Assembly: GCA_963727455.1 (NCBI GenBank)
Contig: CAVSGG010000007.1
Coordinates: forward strand, 32,001-96,000
DNA from: Candidatus Krumholzibacteriota bacterium
Lineage (GTDB): Bacteria > Krumholzibacteriota > Krumholzibacteriia > JAJRXK01
Reading direction: 5' to 3'
Length of the DNA stretch: 64,000 bases
How positions within the stretch are numbered: the first letter of the stretch is position 1; each line of letters starts with the position of its first letter. A model generated the notes under the pieces. The model did not search any database. It saw only the letters and a list, made by a program, of their open reading frames with translations, and had not been told where the DNA came from. Positions 32,675 through 43,358 of the stretch are shown in pieces. Both the position numbers and the translations under genes were made by a program.

Positions 32675-34461
32675 ATGCTGGTGCCTGAAATGGAACAGAT
32701 CCTCGTATTCAGCACGCTCGTGGCCGCTCTCATCCTCTTTCTCTGGGGGCGACTGCGGCCCGATCTGGTCGCGATTCTGAGCCTTGATGGTTCTGGCGGT
32801 GACCAGGGTGATCGAACCAGTCCGCGTATTCGCCGGCTTCGGGAACGAAGCCGTGATCTCGGTGGCGGCGATCTTCATGATGGGCCGGGCGGTGGAGAAC
32901 GCCGGTCTCACCGATCCCCTCGCTCGCCTGCTCAGCGCCAAGAAACGGGGAACGATCGCTCAGAACGCCACGCTCTTCGGAAGCACGGCCATTCTCTCGG
33001 CGACCATGAACAACACCGGCGCCCTGGCCATCTTCATGCCCCTGGCGATTCGCCTGGCCCGCGATGCCCGCCAGATGGCCTCGAAGGTGCTGATGCCGCT
33101 GGCCTTCGCGTCGCTTCTGGGCGGGCTCATCACCCTCATCGGCACTCCCCCCAACATCCTGGTCGCGCAGATTCGCGCCGAACACGTAGGCGAGCCCTTC
33201 AGGATGTTCGATTTCACTCCGGTGGGGTTGGGGCTGGCCATCGCGGGAGTGGCGTTTCTCGCGGTCTGGGGTTGGCGCTTTCTGCCGGCGCGCCGAGGTG
33301 CCGCTTCCACCCGCGGCTTCTACCGCCTGGGAAAGTACTTTGCCGAGGTGGTGGTGCCCTCCGCAGAGCAAGCTGGTGGGCCGATCGCTCGCATCCTTCT
33401 CGGGCTTGGACCTCGACGTGAACGTGGTGGGGCTCGTCCGCGGGGAGAAACGCATTCCGGCGCCCGCTCCCGAGGAGATTTTACAGAGCGGAGACGCCCT
33501 TCTGGTGGAGGCGGCCAGCGACGAACTGAGAAAGCTCTTGCGGATCGGCGACCTTCAGCTGGGCACCGACCGTCCGATTGCCGAGAGCGAGTTGGGGGCG
33601 GGGGAGATCGTGCTACAGGAAGTGGTGATCACGCAGAGCTCTGTCCTCGTGGGCCGCACCGCCCGCGGCATGGCCTTGCGCAGCCGAATGGGCCTGAACG
33701 TCCTGGCCATTCACCGGCAGGGGGAGAGCATCGTGGCGCGCCTGCGCGAGACGCGCTTCCAGACGGGCGACGTCCTCTTGGTGCAAGTCGAGGGCCGAAG
33801 AGTGGGACGAGACCCTGCACGATCTGCGCATTCTTCCGCTGCGGGAACGCGAGCTGGAATTGGTTTCGACCCCCCGCGCGCTCAAGTGCCTTTTGATCTT
33901 CGCCGCCGCAGTGGTGGGAATCGCGACCGGGATACTCTCTCTGGGCGTGGCGTTCAGCTCGGCCGCGTTCTGATGATTCTCACTGGGGTTCTCACTCTCA
34001 AGGAGGCCTACAGCGCGGTGGATTGGCCGGTGATCGTGCTCCTGGGGGCGACCTTGCCGTTGGGTTGGGCGCTGGAAAGCAGCGGCGGGGCGAGCACCAT
34101 CGCTCACTCGCTGATGGAACTCGAGCCGGGTGCGCCGGGTTACATACTCGTGGGGACCATGTTAGTGACGACCATGTTGCTTTCGAATCTCATCAACAAC
34201 GCGGCCACCGCAGTCATCATGGCACCGATTGCATTTCGCTTCGCAATCCAGCTCGGTTACAGCCCGGATACCTTCTTCATGGCGGTGGCGGTGGGAGCTT
34301 CCTGTGCGTTTTTGACTCCAATCGGGCATCAGTGCAATCTTCTGGTCCTGGGTCCGGGTGGCTATCGGTTCTCCGACTACTCTCGCCTGGGCATTCCGAT
34401 GTCCATTTTGACGGTACTGGTGGCAGTGCCTCTCATCCTATTCTTTTGGCCCCTGAGCTGA
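32675..34461 (+). CDS. SLC13/CitMHS-type permease with two TrkA-C domains; several frameshifts
   Basis: MNNTGA, TLIGTPPN, TrkA-C repeats, INNAATA, FLTPIGHQCN, GPGGYRFSDY. Confidence 0.88.
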
Positions 34462-34551
34462 CTCGATCGCGAGGAAGTGCCGGATCGCCTTTTGCCCTTA
34501 TTTTGATAGCCTTTCGTAGCGCCATCGTGAGCGCATCGCCGAGGTGAACTC

Positions 34552-36825
34552 ATGCTCAGACGATTGCATTCGAGCTGGCTCGTGTTGCTCCTGCTCCTGC
34601 TTTGCTCGGACATGGCACGGGCGATTCCCGGCCAAGGAAGCGACGGCCAAGCGGATTTCACTCCGCCGGAGATCGACCCCAACGCGGTCACCGCCCGCCT
34701 GCTCTCCAGCTCCAAGACCATCGTAGCGGGCAAAACGCTAGAGCTGGGGATTCATCTGCACATGAAACCCGGATGGCACACCTATTGGCAGAACGGTGGG
34801 GATGCCGGCCTGCCCACTTCGGTACAGTGGACCCTGCCTAAAGGGCTGAAGGCTGGGAAGATTCTCTGGCCCACGCCCCACCGCTACGTAGAAGGCGGCG
34901 AGCTCGTCACCTACGGCTACATGGACGAGGTGCTGCTCCTCACCGAGATTACCGTGCCCCCCGATCTGCCATCCTCGGGCAGTGTCGAAATCGGTGCCAA
35001 AGTGAGCTGGCTCATGTGCAAGGCGCTTTGCATTCCGGGCGAAGCCGAGTTGAGCTTGAGCTTGCCCATCGCATCCCAGCTCGAACCCGATTCCTCGGTG
35101 GCGGGACTCTTTCGCGCCGCTCACGAGCGCCTGCCGCGCACCGCCGATCAGTACGAGGGAATGAAATCGCAAGCCTATCTCAGCATGAACGCAGTTCCCT
35201 TGGGCCAGAGCGCGCACGCCGCCTTCGTGGTGGAAGGTCCGGTGGACTTCAGCGAAGCCGAGTTGACCTGGTTCCCCCGGGCTGAAGCGGGAATCCAAGT
35301 TTCCCAAGCCAGCTTCGAGAGGAAGAAGGGAAAGCTGAGCTTGTTGGTGCCCTTCGCTCTCGACCCGGATCTCGCCCCCGGCAGCGAGACTGACCGCCTC
35401 AGCGGGGTCCTGGAAATCCACCAGGGCTCGAAAGAGTGGTACCTGAGTCTCTCCACCCCGGTTCCGGTGGCGAAGGAGGGCGAGTCCATTCATGCCACTC
35501 ATTCGCAGATCTTCGCCGCTCTGAGCGGTGCGGGACCCGTGGAGGCGCCGCCCTTGGCGAAAGGACCGCTCTGGCACTATCTGCTTCTGGCTCTCGTGGG
35601 TGGAGTGATCCTGAACGTAATGCCCTGCGTGTTGCCTGTGCTCTCACTCAAGGTGATGAGTTTCGTCACGCACTCCGATCGTGATCGCGCAACCGTCTTG
35701 AAACTCAGCCTGGCCTTTTCCTTGGGGGTGCTGGCGAGCTTCCTGGCGCTCGCTCTGACGATCGTCGCCCTCCAGGGCGCGGGACAGCTGCTCGGCTGGG
35801 GCTTTCAGTTCCAGAATCCCACTTTCGTGGTGGTGATGATCGCGATCGTCTTCGGCTTCGGATTGAGCCTCTTCGGACTTTTCGAAATCATCCCTCCCGC
35901 CGGCAGCTTCCAGGGTAGCCACGGATTGTACGGCGAGCAGTTCTTCAACGGAGTTTTGGCCACCATACTGGCCACGCCCTGTAGCGCGCCGTTCTTGGGA
36001 AGCGCCCTCGGTTTCGCTTTCACTCAGCCGCCGCTTTCCATCATCGCGGTCTTCTTGACCATCGGGGTGGGACTCGCGCTGCCCTACGTCCTGTTGTCGG
36101 TCAATCCAGCCTGGCTGCGCTTCGTGCCCAAGCCGGGGCCCTGGATGGAACGCTTCAAACAATTTATGGGATTTTTGCTCATGGCAACCGTTGTGTGGCT
36201 GCTCTGGGTCGTCTCCCAACAACTGGGCACTACGGGACTCGTCCGCGTGTTGTGGTTCATATTGGTCCTGGCGCTCGCGCTGTGGATCCATGGGACTTAT
36301 CTCAGTTTGAGTTCTTCTGTGCCGCGGCGGTTGTTGGTCTGGACAGTGACCCTGGCGCTCGTGGTGGGTGGATGGCAGTACTTCCTGCAGGAAACTCTTT
36401 CAGCGGAGGGCATCGCGCAGGCGCAGGTCACCAGGGGGGCCGTGGCCGAAGAGCGCGTGGAGGGAGTTCGTTGGGTTCCCTTCAGTCCCGACGCGCTCAG
36501 CGAGGCAGTGAAGAGCGGGAATACGGTTTTCGTCGATTTCACGGCCGCCTGGTGCCTGACCTGCAAGGCCAACGAGAAGGCGGTCATCGATACCAAAGAA
36601 GTGACGAACAAGTTCAAGGAACTCGGCGTCGTCACCATGTTGGGAGATTGGACTCAGCGCGATCCCGTCATCTCGAAGGTGTTACGCGAACACGGCAGGA
36701 GCGGAGTTCCGTTCTATGCCGTGTTTCCCGCCAACCGGCTTGACGATCCGATCGTTTTGCCCGAGATCATCGACAAGTCGTTGGTGATCGATGCCCTCGA
36801 GAAAGCGGACGCGAGTCGAAGCTGA
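34552..36825 (+). CDS. DsbD-like thiol:disulfide interchange protein
   Basis: GWHTYWQNGGDAG, CKALC, LNVMPCVLP, ATPCSAP, WCLTC thioredoxin motif. Confidence 0.92.
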   Translation: MLRRLHSSWLVLLLLLLCSDMARAIPGQGSDGQADFTPPEIDPNAVTARLLSSSKTIVAGKTLELGIHLHMKPGWHTYWQNGGDAGLPTSVQWTLPKGLKAGKILWPTPHRYVEGGELVTYGYMDEVLLLTEITVPPDLPSSGSVEIGAKVSWLMCKALCIPGEAELSLSLPIASQLEPDSSVAGLFRAAHERLPRTADQYEGMKSQAYLSMNAVPLGQSAHAAFVVEGPVDFSEAELTWFPRAEAGIQVSQASFERKKGKLSLLVPFALDPDLAPGSETDRLSGVLEIHQGSKEWYLSLSTPVPVAKEGESIHATHSQIFAALSGAGPVEAPPLAKGPLWHYLLLALVGGVILNVMPCVLPVLSLKVMSFVTHSDRDRATVLKLSLAFSLGVLASFLALALTIVALQGAGQLLGWGFQFQNPTFVVVMIAIVFGFGLSLFGLFEIIPPAGSFQGSHGLYGEQFFNGVLATILATPCSAPFLGSALGFAFTQPPLSIIAVFLTIGVGLALPYVLLSVNPAWLRFVPKPGPWMERFKQFMGFLLMATVVWLLWVVSQQLGTTGLVRVLWFILVLALALWIHGTYLSLSSSVPRRLLVWTVTLALVVGGWQYFLQETLSAEGIAQAQVTRGAVAEERVEGVRWVPFSPDALSEAVKSGNTVFVDFTAAWCLTCKANEKAVIDTKEVTNKFKELGVVTMLGDWTQRDPVISKVLREHGRSGVPFYAVFPANRLDDPIVLPEIIDKSLVIDALEKADASRS

Positions 36826-36879
36826 GTCTTGTCGTGTTTTCAAATTTCCCCCGCCATCATCAAGCGTAGGAGGAATCTC

Positions 36880-37482
36880 ATGCAACGAGCTCTTCGAATT
36901 GCCGGACTGGCGCTTCTTTTGGCAAGCATGATCGCGCCATGTACCGCCCTGGCCGGAGAACTCACAGTGGGCTCGAAAGTGCCCGATTTCACTCTCACCG
37001 ATTTTAAGGGCGAGACGCACACGCTGAGCGACTATGAGGGTAAGATCGTGGTTCTGGAATGGACCAATCCCCAGTGTCCCTTCGTGCAGAACGTCTACGC
37101 CAACAATCTCATGTCCGATCTGGATGCCTTCTGCAAGCAGAACGGGGTGGTGCACTTGGGCGTTGACAGCTCGCACTTCGTAACGGCCGAAGCCGAAAAG
37201 AAGTGGGCGGAGAGTCAGGACATCAAGAACCCGATTCTCTTGGATCCCAGCGGGGCGGTCGGCCTGAAGTACGGGGCGAAGACGACACCCCACATGTTCG
37301 TGATCGGCAAGAACGGCACTTTGCTCTACAGTGGCGCCATCGACGACAACCCGAAGCCCTCTGGCCGGGGCGCGACGAACTACGTGACGAGCGCGCTGAA
37401 AGCGGCGCTTGCCGGCAAGGCTGTCGAAGTCACTCACGAGAAGCCCTACGGTTGCTCGGTGAAATACGCGAAGGGTACATGA
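36880..37482 (+). CDS. Exported redoxin (AhpC/TSA-like thioredoxin family)
   Basis: Signal peptide; VLEWTNPQCPFV, YGAKTTPHMF, YSGAIDD, PYGCSVKY. Confidence 0.88.
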   Translation: MQRALRIAGLALLLASMIAPCTALAGELTVGSKVPDFTLTDFKGETHTLSDYEGKIVVLEWTNPQCPFVQNVYANNLMSDLDAFCKQNGVVHLGVDSSHFVTAEAEKKWAESQDIKNPILLDPSGAVGLKYGAKTTPHMFVIGKNGTLLYSGAIDDNPKPSGRGATNYVTSALKAALAGKAVEVTHEKPYGCSVKYAKGT

Positions 37483-38303
37483 GAGAAGACGACCACACTT
37501 CACGGGAAGCCTCCCGTGACCCGCATCCCTCCTCCGGGACGCGAGCTTCCGACCTGAGCGGAGAGATCGACTTCTGGGATGATCGCGCGGCCGCAAGCGA
37601 CTACCGCGAGCGGCTCGCGATCACTCCGGAACAATACATGGATCAGGAAATCTGGCTCGCCGCCTGGAAGAAGATCCTGCCCCCTCTGCAGGGACTGACC
37701 GTACTCGATTGCGGCAGCGGAATGGGGGCCATTGCGGCTTGGTGCGCACTCGCCGGCGCGCGCGTCGTCGGGTTCGACATCGCCCAGAACATGGCTCGTC
37801 TCGCCAAGGAGTACGCCATCCATCACGGAGCTGCGGTTTCGATGATGGCTTCCACGTTCGAGGAATTGCCCCTGAAGGACCACTGCATCGACCTCGCGGT
37901 GGGCCAGTACATCCTTCACCACACCGACGTCGACCGCTCGATCGATGAACTGAAGCGGGTCGTCAAACCCAACGGAATGGGTCTGTTCGTGGAGAACATG
38001 GCGCTCAATCCGCTGATTCGCCGCTATCTGGCATCGAGTCTCTTCGAGGAGGGAGTGATGCGGGAGGGATCTCCCGAGGAGTGTCCGATCTTTCCCGAGC
38101 GAGTGCAGCACATGAAGAGCGTCTGCCGCGAGGTGCGCATGCACTGGCCCAGCTTCGTGTTCTTCGAAATTTTGTTCTCCAGACTGCCAGTTCTGCGGCG
38201 CCGCTGGGGACAAGCATTCGATGACGGCCTCTATCGGCTCAACCGAAACCGTGAGAGCTTCTTGCGCAACAGCTACTTCGCGATCCTGGAATTGCGCTTC
38301 TAG
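37479..38303 (+). CDS. Class I SAM-dependent methyltransferase
   Basis: VLDCGSGMG, GFDIA, ILHH, RVVKPNG; ATGA overlap with redoxin. Confidence 0.82.
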   Translation: MREDDHTSREASRDPHPSSGTRASDLSGEIDFWDDRAAASDYRERLAITPEQYMDQEIWLAAWKKILPPLQGLTVLDCGSGMGAIAAWCALAGARVVGFDIAQNMARLAKEYAIHHGAAVSMMASTFEELPLKDHCIDLAVGQYILHHTDVDRSIDELKRVVKPNGMGLFVENMALNPLIRRYLASSLFEEGVMREGSPEECPIFPERVQHMKSVCREVRMHWPSFVFFEILFSRLPVLRRRWGQAFDDGLYRLNRNRESFLRNSYFAILELRF

Positions 38304-38315
38304 AGATCCGCGCGC

Positions 38316-39038
38316 TCAACCGCGGCCGAAGTGAGAGAGCAGAATCCCGGCCGCGACGTTTACGTTCAGAGACTCCATCTCGACTTCACCGCGTGCAACC
38401 CGGGGAATTCGTACCAGCATCTCGCAGCGCTTGCGCGTGAGCTGGCGCAATCCACCGCCCTCGTTTCCCAGCACGAGGACACAGCGCTCCCTTGGCTCGA
38501 CTTCGTGAAAGTCGACCGCCTCTTCCAGGGCCGCTCCAACGATGAAGTATCCCGCGTCGGCGAGGCTCAGCAGGGCCATGGAGAGATTCGACACTTCCGC
38601 CACTTTGAAGAACTCGAGCGCTCCGGCCGAAGCGCGGGAAGCGGCCGGCGAGAGCGGGGCCGAATGGGATCGGAGTACGAGCATCGCGTCGGCTCCCAAA
38701 AACGCAGCCGAGCGCGCTATCCCGCCCAGATTTTGCGGATCCTCGATCTGGTCCAGTGCCACCAGAAGAGAGCGCATCCCCGCTTCCGCGCTCAGCTCCT
38801 CCAGGCTGAGAAGCGGCAGTGCCCCGCACTCGAGCACCACGCCCTGATGGTAGCGGCTCTTGGCCAGAGTGCTCAGCTCGTGCGCGGATTTTTCCTGGTA
38901 GGGGACTTCGGCGGCACGCGCGAGTTGCAAGATCTCCTTGATGCGCGCCGAGGACTTGCCGGCTTTCAAGTAGAGCCGGACGAGCTGACGCCGCTGCTGT
39001 CTGAGGGCTTCGGCCACCGGTAGAATTCCGTAGAGCAT
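38316..39038 (-). CDS. rlmB: 23S rRNA Gm2251 methyltransferase (TrmH family)
   Basis: HQGV, LDQIEDPQNLG, SAGA, LGNEG.G, ESLNVNVA. Confidence 0.88.
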   Translation of the reverse strand: MLYGILPVAEALRQQRRQLVRLYLKAGKSSARIKEILQLARAAEVPYQEKSAHELSTLAKSRYHQGVVLECGALPLLSLEELSAEAGMRSLLVALDQIEDPQNLGGIARSAAFLGADAMLVLRSHSAPLSPAASRASAGALEFFKVAEVSNLSMALLSLADAGYFIVGAALEEAVDFHEVEPRERCVLVLGNEGGGLRQLTRKRCEMLVRIPRVARGEVEMESLNVNVAAGILLSHFGRG

Positions 39039-39151
39039 CCTCGCGATTTCTCCTTCGAGGCAGGAGAGAGTCGAGAGGATGACATCTAGCTCGGCCTGAG
39101 GCTACAATTCTCTGTGGTCGACCTGATTTCCCTGTGAGCAGGAGTGAAACG

Positions 39152-40177
39152 ATGAGCTACCGACTATTGGGCAGAACGGGCCTCCTGGTTCATCCTCTCT
39201 GTCTGGGTACCATGAACTTCGGGAATGAACGCTGGGGTTGCGACGAGAAGACCAGTCTGGACATTCTGGCTGCCTACGTCGATCGCGGCGGGAATTTCAT
39301 CGACACTGCCAACCGCTATGCCGCGGGGCGAAGCGAGGAGATCATCGGCAAGTTCCTCAAGGGACGAAGAGAGGAAATCGTTCTGGCCACCAAGTGCTTC
39401 TTTCCGGAGGGCGATGGTCCCAATCAGATCGGTCTCAGCCGCAAGAACATTTTCGAACAGGTGGAATACTCTCTGCGCCGTCTCGACACCGACTACATCG
39501 ACCTCTACCAGGTCCACATCTGGGACCCCTTGACTCCGATCGAAGAGACGCTCTCTGCGCTGAGCGACCTCGTGCATCAGGGGAAAGTCCGCTATCTGGG
39601 CTGCTGCAATTTCACCGGGTGGCAGCTTGTGATGGCAATGGAACGCGCGCGCGCGGAAGGACTGGAGAGCTTCGCGGTTACCCAGCCCCAATACAACCTC
39701 CTGTGCCGCGACATCGAGGTGAGTCTCATCCCGGCCTGCGAGGAATACGATCTGGGGATTCTGGCCTGGAGTCCTCTGGCCTTTGGGCTGCTGGCGGGGA
39801 AGTACTCCTTCGAAGGCGGCCCCGAGGGCTCGCGGATGAGCGCACCTTCGCAGGACGACGTCATGTACTCCTGGCGAGAGCGCATGTGGACGAAGCAGAA
39901 TTTCGAGATCATCGAGCTGCTGAAACTGAAAGCCGCCGAGTTGGAGGCGAGTCCGGTGGCGTTGGCCCTGGATTGGGTATTGAGCCAGGAGCTCGTCACC
40001 AGCGCGATTATCGGCCCCCGCACCCTCGAGCAACTCGAGGGAAACTGGGAGGCCGTCACCTGTCAGGTACCGGTGGAGCTGCTCGAGGATCTCGATGATC
40101 GCAGCGCACCCTTCGAAAACTATCTCGACTTCATGCAGGGCGGAGTGACGATGCGCAGGATCGAACAGATGGAATGA
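39152..40177 (+). CDS. Aldo/keto reductase
   Basis: LCLGTMNFG, FIDTANRY, LATK, DYIDLYQVH, QPQYNLL, WSPLA.G. Confidence 0.93.
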   Translation: MSYRLLGRTGLLVHPLCLGTMNFGNERWGCDEKTSLDILAAYVDRGGNFIDTANRYAAGRSEEIIGKFLKGRREEIVLATKCFFPEGDGPNQIGLSRKNIFEQVEYSLRRLDTDYIDLYQVHIWDPLTPIEETLSALSDLVHQGKVRYLGCCNFTGWQLVMAMERARAEGLESFAVTQPQYNLLCRDIEVSLIPACEEYDLGILAWSPLAFGLLAGKYSFEGGPEGSRMSAPSQDDVMYSWRERMWTKQNFEIIELLKLKAAELEASPVALALDWVLSQELVTSAIIGPRTLEQLEGNWEAVTCQVPVELLEDLDDRSAPFENYLDFMQGGVTMRRIEQME

Positions 40178-40190
40178 AAGCGCTTCGCTT

Positions 40191-41600
40191 TCAGCGCATC
40201 GCCATCTCGCGGGTGATGTACGAAGGAAGACGCGGAGTTTCGGTGGAATAGACGTAACTCTGCAGCCAGTCGTGGAATTCGAATCCTGTCAGTTCGCGAA
40301 GACCTCTCTCCAGAGTTTGCCGGGTGAGGACGAAGTCGGGGTTCTTCGAGGCCTTTTGGGCCAAAAGGTACATGAGGTCGTCGAGGCTATATTTTTGTTG
40401 CGAGAGCTCGTCGATTTCGGCGTCGAGCGCGGAAGCCACGAAGAGGCCGCAGCTGTACATGAATCGGGTGGTCTCTGAGTCGATGAGCACTTCCTTGCCG
40501 GCGTCGGCGAGACTCACTTTTCCGCGCAACGGGCTGAGCTCGAATTCCGTGTGATAGCGTTCGTTGAGCACACGCGCGTACTCGGAGAAGCTCATGATTC
40601 CGGCTTCGAGCCGGGTCTGATAAGCGTAGAACTCGGTCACCCCCTCGATGAACCAGTTCATGTCATAGCGGTGCTGGCCAATCAACTCCCCGCACCAGTT
40701 GTGATAGAACTCGTGAGCGCAGAGTTGCGCGGGTTCCTTCTGCAAGCGATCACGATCGGTGTTGGAATCGATGAGCAGGATCATGCTCCCATCGTAGTGC
40801 AGTCCGAAGTAGCGCAGCGTCTCGGGGTCGCCGGAGCGGGGATGGGGATTCACCAAGAAGACGTACTCCTTGCGCAACGCTCCACCGAAAATGTCCATCT
40901 GCACCGCTGCGAGTTGACTGACGGTGTCCAGGAGATCCTGATCGCGGAAGCGGTACTTGCCGCGGATCGCGACTCGCAGGCGGCAGTCGCGAACCGTGCG
41001 CTCGAGAGTGCGATACTCGCCCAATCCCACGGCGGAGTGATAGAGGGATCTCACATTGGGATACACCGCAGTGTTCGCGCCGGTCTGGAAGGGATTGATC
41101 AGGGACCACGAGTCGGGTAGCTCGTAGTTGACCTGGATGTTTCTTGGGGCGCCGAAAACGGGGAACACGAAGAGATCGCTTCCCACCAGGCGGGCGCCGT
41201 GTTCGTCGATGTGACTCAGAATCTGCTGGGTAAATTCACCGCCGGCGAGGCCCGCCTTCAGCCAGATCTCATAGCGGAGCTTTACGCCACCCCCCTTGGC
41301 TCTGATCTTCCAGTGATTTTCGCCACGTTCCACCGGAGTCGAAGTTCCCGCGGCATTCAGCGCTTCACGCAAGCGAATGCGCGCGGGTACTTCGGAGTTC
41401 TGCGCATCGGTGCTCGCGGTCGTGAGATAGAGGTTGCGCGCTTTCATGCGTGAGGCATTCACGCGTACTTCGAGCACGCCATTTTTCGCGTCGACGACTC
41501 TGATGTGGTAACTGAGATCGAACTGTTCGCCGTTGGGATCGGGACGCAGAGTGACGCCAAGGACGACGCCTCCGACCACCGCGGCGAGAACTGCCACCAC
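40191..41600 (-). CDS. M61-like (gluzincin) metallopeptidase, membrane anchored; true start probably upstream (~41710)
   Basis: AHEFYHNW followed by WFIEGVTEFY; N-terminal hydrophobic helix. Confidence 0.78.
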   Translation of the reverse strand: MVAVLAAVVGGVVLGVTLRPDPNGEQFDLSYHIRVVDAKNGVLEVRVNASRMKARNLYLTTASTDAQNSEVPARIRLREALNAAGTSTPVERGENHWKIRAKGGGVKLRYEIWLKAGLAGGEFTQQILSHIDEHGARLVGSDLFVFPVFGAPRNIQVNYELPDSWSLINPFQTGANTAVYPNVRSLYHSAVGLGEYRTLERTVRDCRLRVAIRGKYRFRDQDLLDTVSQLAAVQMDIFGGALRKEYVFLVNPHPRSGDPETLRYFGLHYDGSMILLIDSNTDRDRLQKEPAQLCAHEFYHNWCGELIGQHRYDMNWFIEGVTEFYAYQTRLEAGIMSFSEYARVLNERYHTEFELSPLRGKVSLADAGKEVLIDSETTRFMYSCGLFVASALDAEIDELSQQKYSLDDLMYLLAQKASKNPDFVLTRQTLERGLRELTGFEFHDWLQSYVYSTETPRLPSYITREMAMR

Positions 41601-41736
41601 CAGCGCTCGCCACAGCGAGCGACGGGCATGCTGCCGCTTCGGCTCGCCGAGGATCGACAGACTGCTGGGAGTCTGGTTGTTCCCGTAAATGGCGTTTCCG
41701 TCCCCGGCATGCCCCCCAGAGCATCCGAATCAAAAC

Positions 41737-41752
41737 AGCACGGGGCGTGCCA
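41737..41752 (-). promoter_or_regulatory. Probable sigma54 -24/-12 site upstream of M61-like gene
   Basis: Minus strand TGGCACGCCCCGTGCT, near consensus TGGCACG-N4-TTGCW. Confidence 0.5.
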
Positions 41753-41760
41753 GGGAAGGA

Positions 41761-42579
41761 TTAGAAGCGGACCCGAAGCAGAGGCAAGCCCAGGTCCGAA
41801 GGCCCCGGCAGAGGGAGCCAGGCCACTGAAGAGGACGCGGGGTCCGTCTCGCCGCGACGCGGCTGGTAAGCCTTCCCCAGGATCGAACTCACGGTATAGC
41901 CCAGCGTCCAGCCGAAGATCACGTCACTCAGGTAGTGCTTCTTGCCCTGCACGCGCGAGAGTCCGATGTAGCCGGCAGCAGCATAGGCAGGGGCTCCCAC
42001 CCACCAGCCGAAGCGCAATTGGAGGATCCTGGCCGAGGCCATGGCGGCACTGGCGTGCCCTGAAGGAAAGCTCTTGTCGTTGCTCTCGTCGGGCCGAACC
42101 CGGCCGACGCCCTTCTTCAAGAGGGTGGTGAAGCCAGCCGTGATCAAGTTCGATTCCAGGTAGAGGATTCCCGTATCCCGGACTTTCCGGTTGCCGATCA
42201 ATTGTCCCGAAGCGGTGAGCCCCAGACTCATCAGTGCGACGTATTTGCGGTGCCCCATCTCACGCCCAATTCGCTGCGCGTCGGGGCCCAGCGGCTTTTG
42301 CCGGTAGAAACGATCCGAGACCTCGTCATCCGACGGGAGCGCGCACAGACTCGCGGCCAGGCCGGCTCCCAGACCGAGAAGGGTCCCCCTGGTTCCTGCT
42401 TCTTGCCAGGCTCGCTCGAAGTGTCCGGGGGTGAAGGGAAAGGGTGGATGTGGGGCCGTCTGTGCGCTCGTGCTCATGGGCGGGGCCGCATCCTGGGCCC
42501 GCGCGGGTCCGCACCAAGCCGAGAGAGCGAGCGTGAAGAGGAGAATGAGATGCAGAAGGAGTGCGAGAGTTTTCGACAT
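41761..42579 (-). CDS. PAP2-family phosphatase
   Basis: KKGVGRVRP, SFPSGH, SRVQGKKHYLSDV. Confidence 0.9.
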   Translation of the reverse strand: MSKTLALLLHLILLFTLALSAWCGPARAQDAAPPMSTSAQTAPHPPFPFTPGHFERAWQEAGTRGTLLGLGAGLAASLCALPSDDEVSDRFYRQKPLGPDAQRIGREMGHRKYVALMSLGLTASGQLIGNRKVRDTGILYLESNLITAGFTTLLKKGVGRVRPDESNDKSFPSGHASAAMASARILQLRFGWWVGAPAYAAAGYIGLSRVQGKKHYLSDVIFGWTLGYTVSSILGKAYQPRRGETDPASSSVAWLPLPGPSDLGLPLLRVRF

Positions 42580-42811
42580 CGACGAGCCCCATGAGTTGAA
42601 GCTCCGACCGCGCCGACCCCTCTCGGTCTTCTCGATCGAAGAGCTGGCGCCAAGATGCCCCAGAGCCCGCAACTTGGCAAGGGCGTGCCGCCAGACCGCT
42701 TGAATTGTCCGCCACTCTACCGTACCCTGCTTTGGTCGTGGATGAAGCCGCTACGCGGGGCTCTGTCCCTATCCAACCTTTTTTCTTGCTGGCTCAGTAC
42801 TGGAGGCCCCG

Positions 42812-43153
42812 GTGAAGATCAAACAGCGCGAAAGTGGAGATGTCGTGGTTCTCGAGCTCTCGGGAAAGATCATGGGCGGCGACGACTTCAATCTCTTCCA
42901 CGACACCATCAAGAAGCTCGTTGGCGAGGGCAAGATCGACATCCTCTTGAACATGTCGAGGGTGAAGTGGATCAACAGTACCGGTCTGGGGCTGATGGTC
43001 TCCGCATATACCAGTCTGGTGAAGAACGGCGGACGGATGAAGATCTGCGAGATGAGCGATCGCATCGATAACATCCTCCACGTAACGCAACTGGGATTGG
43101 TCTTCGAGAACTACGACAAGGAAGGTGAGGCGGTCGCCTCCTTTGACGACTGA
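42812..43153 (+). CDS. STAS-domain anti-sigma factor antagonist
   Basis: LELSGKIMGG, LLNMSRVKWINSTGLG, VTQL..VF. Confidence 0.9.
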   Translation: MKIKQRESGDVVVLELSGKIMGGDDFNLFHDTIKKLVGEGKIDILLNMSRVKWINSTGLGLMVSAYTSLVKNGGRMKICEMSDRIDNILHVTQLGLVFENYDKEGEAVASFDD

Positions 43154-43274
43154 GGCGAAGCCGGCGCATTGCCGCGGCGAGTTTCGTTCAGCGGGCCGGC
43201 GTGGCCCTCTTGGAAGACATTCTGAGTAACAACTGGAAAGCGTGGGTAATCGGAACCACGCGCCCGCGGCTGAA

Positions 43275-43290
43275 CGGCCCGAAGCTTGCC
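43275..43290 (+). promoter_or_regulatory. Possible sigma54 -24/-12 site
   Basis: CGGCCCGAAGCTTGCC (GG-N10-GC with TTGC) ~70 bp before ATG 43359. Confidence 0.3.
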
Positions 43291-43358
43291 ACACGGAGGG
43301 TGGAAACTCCGGGCCAGAGTGTGTCCGGAAGCAATCGCCCGGGATCCGAGGAGTCGTC

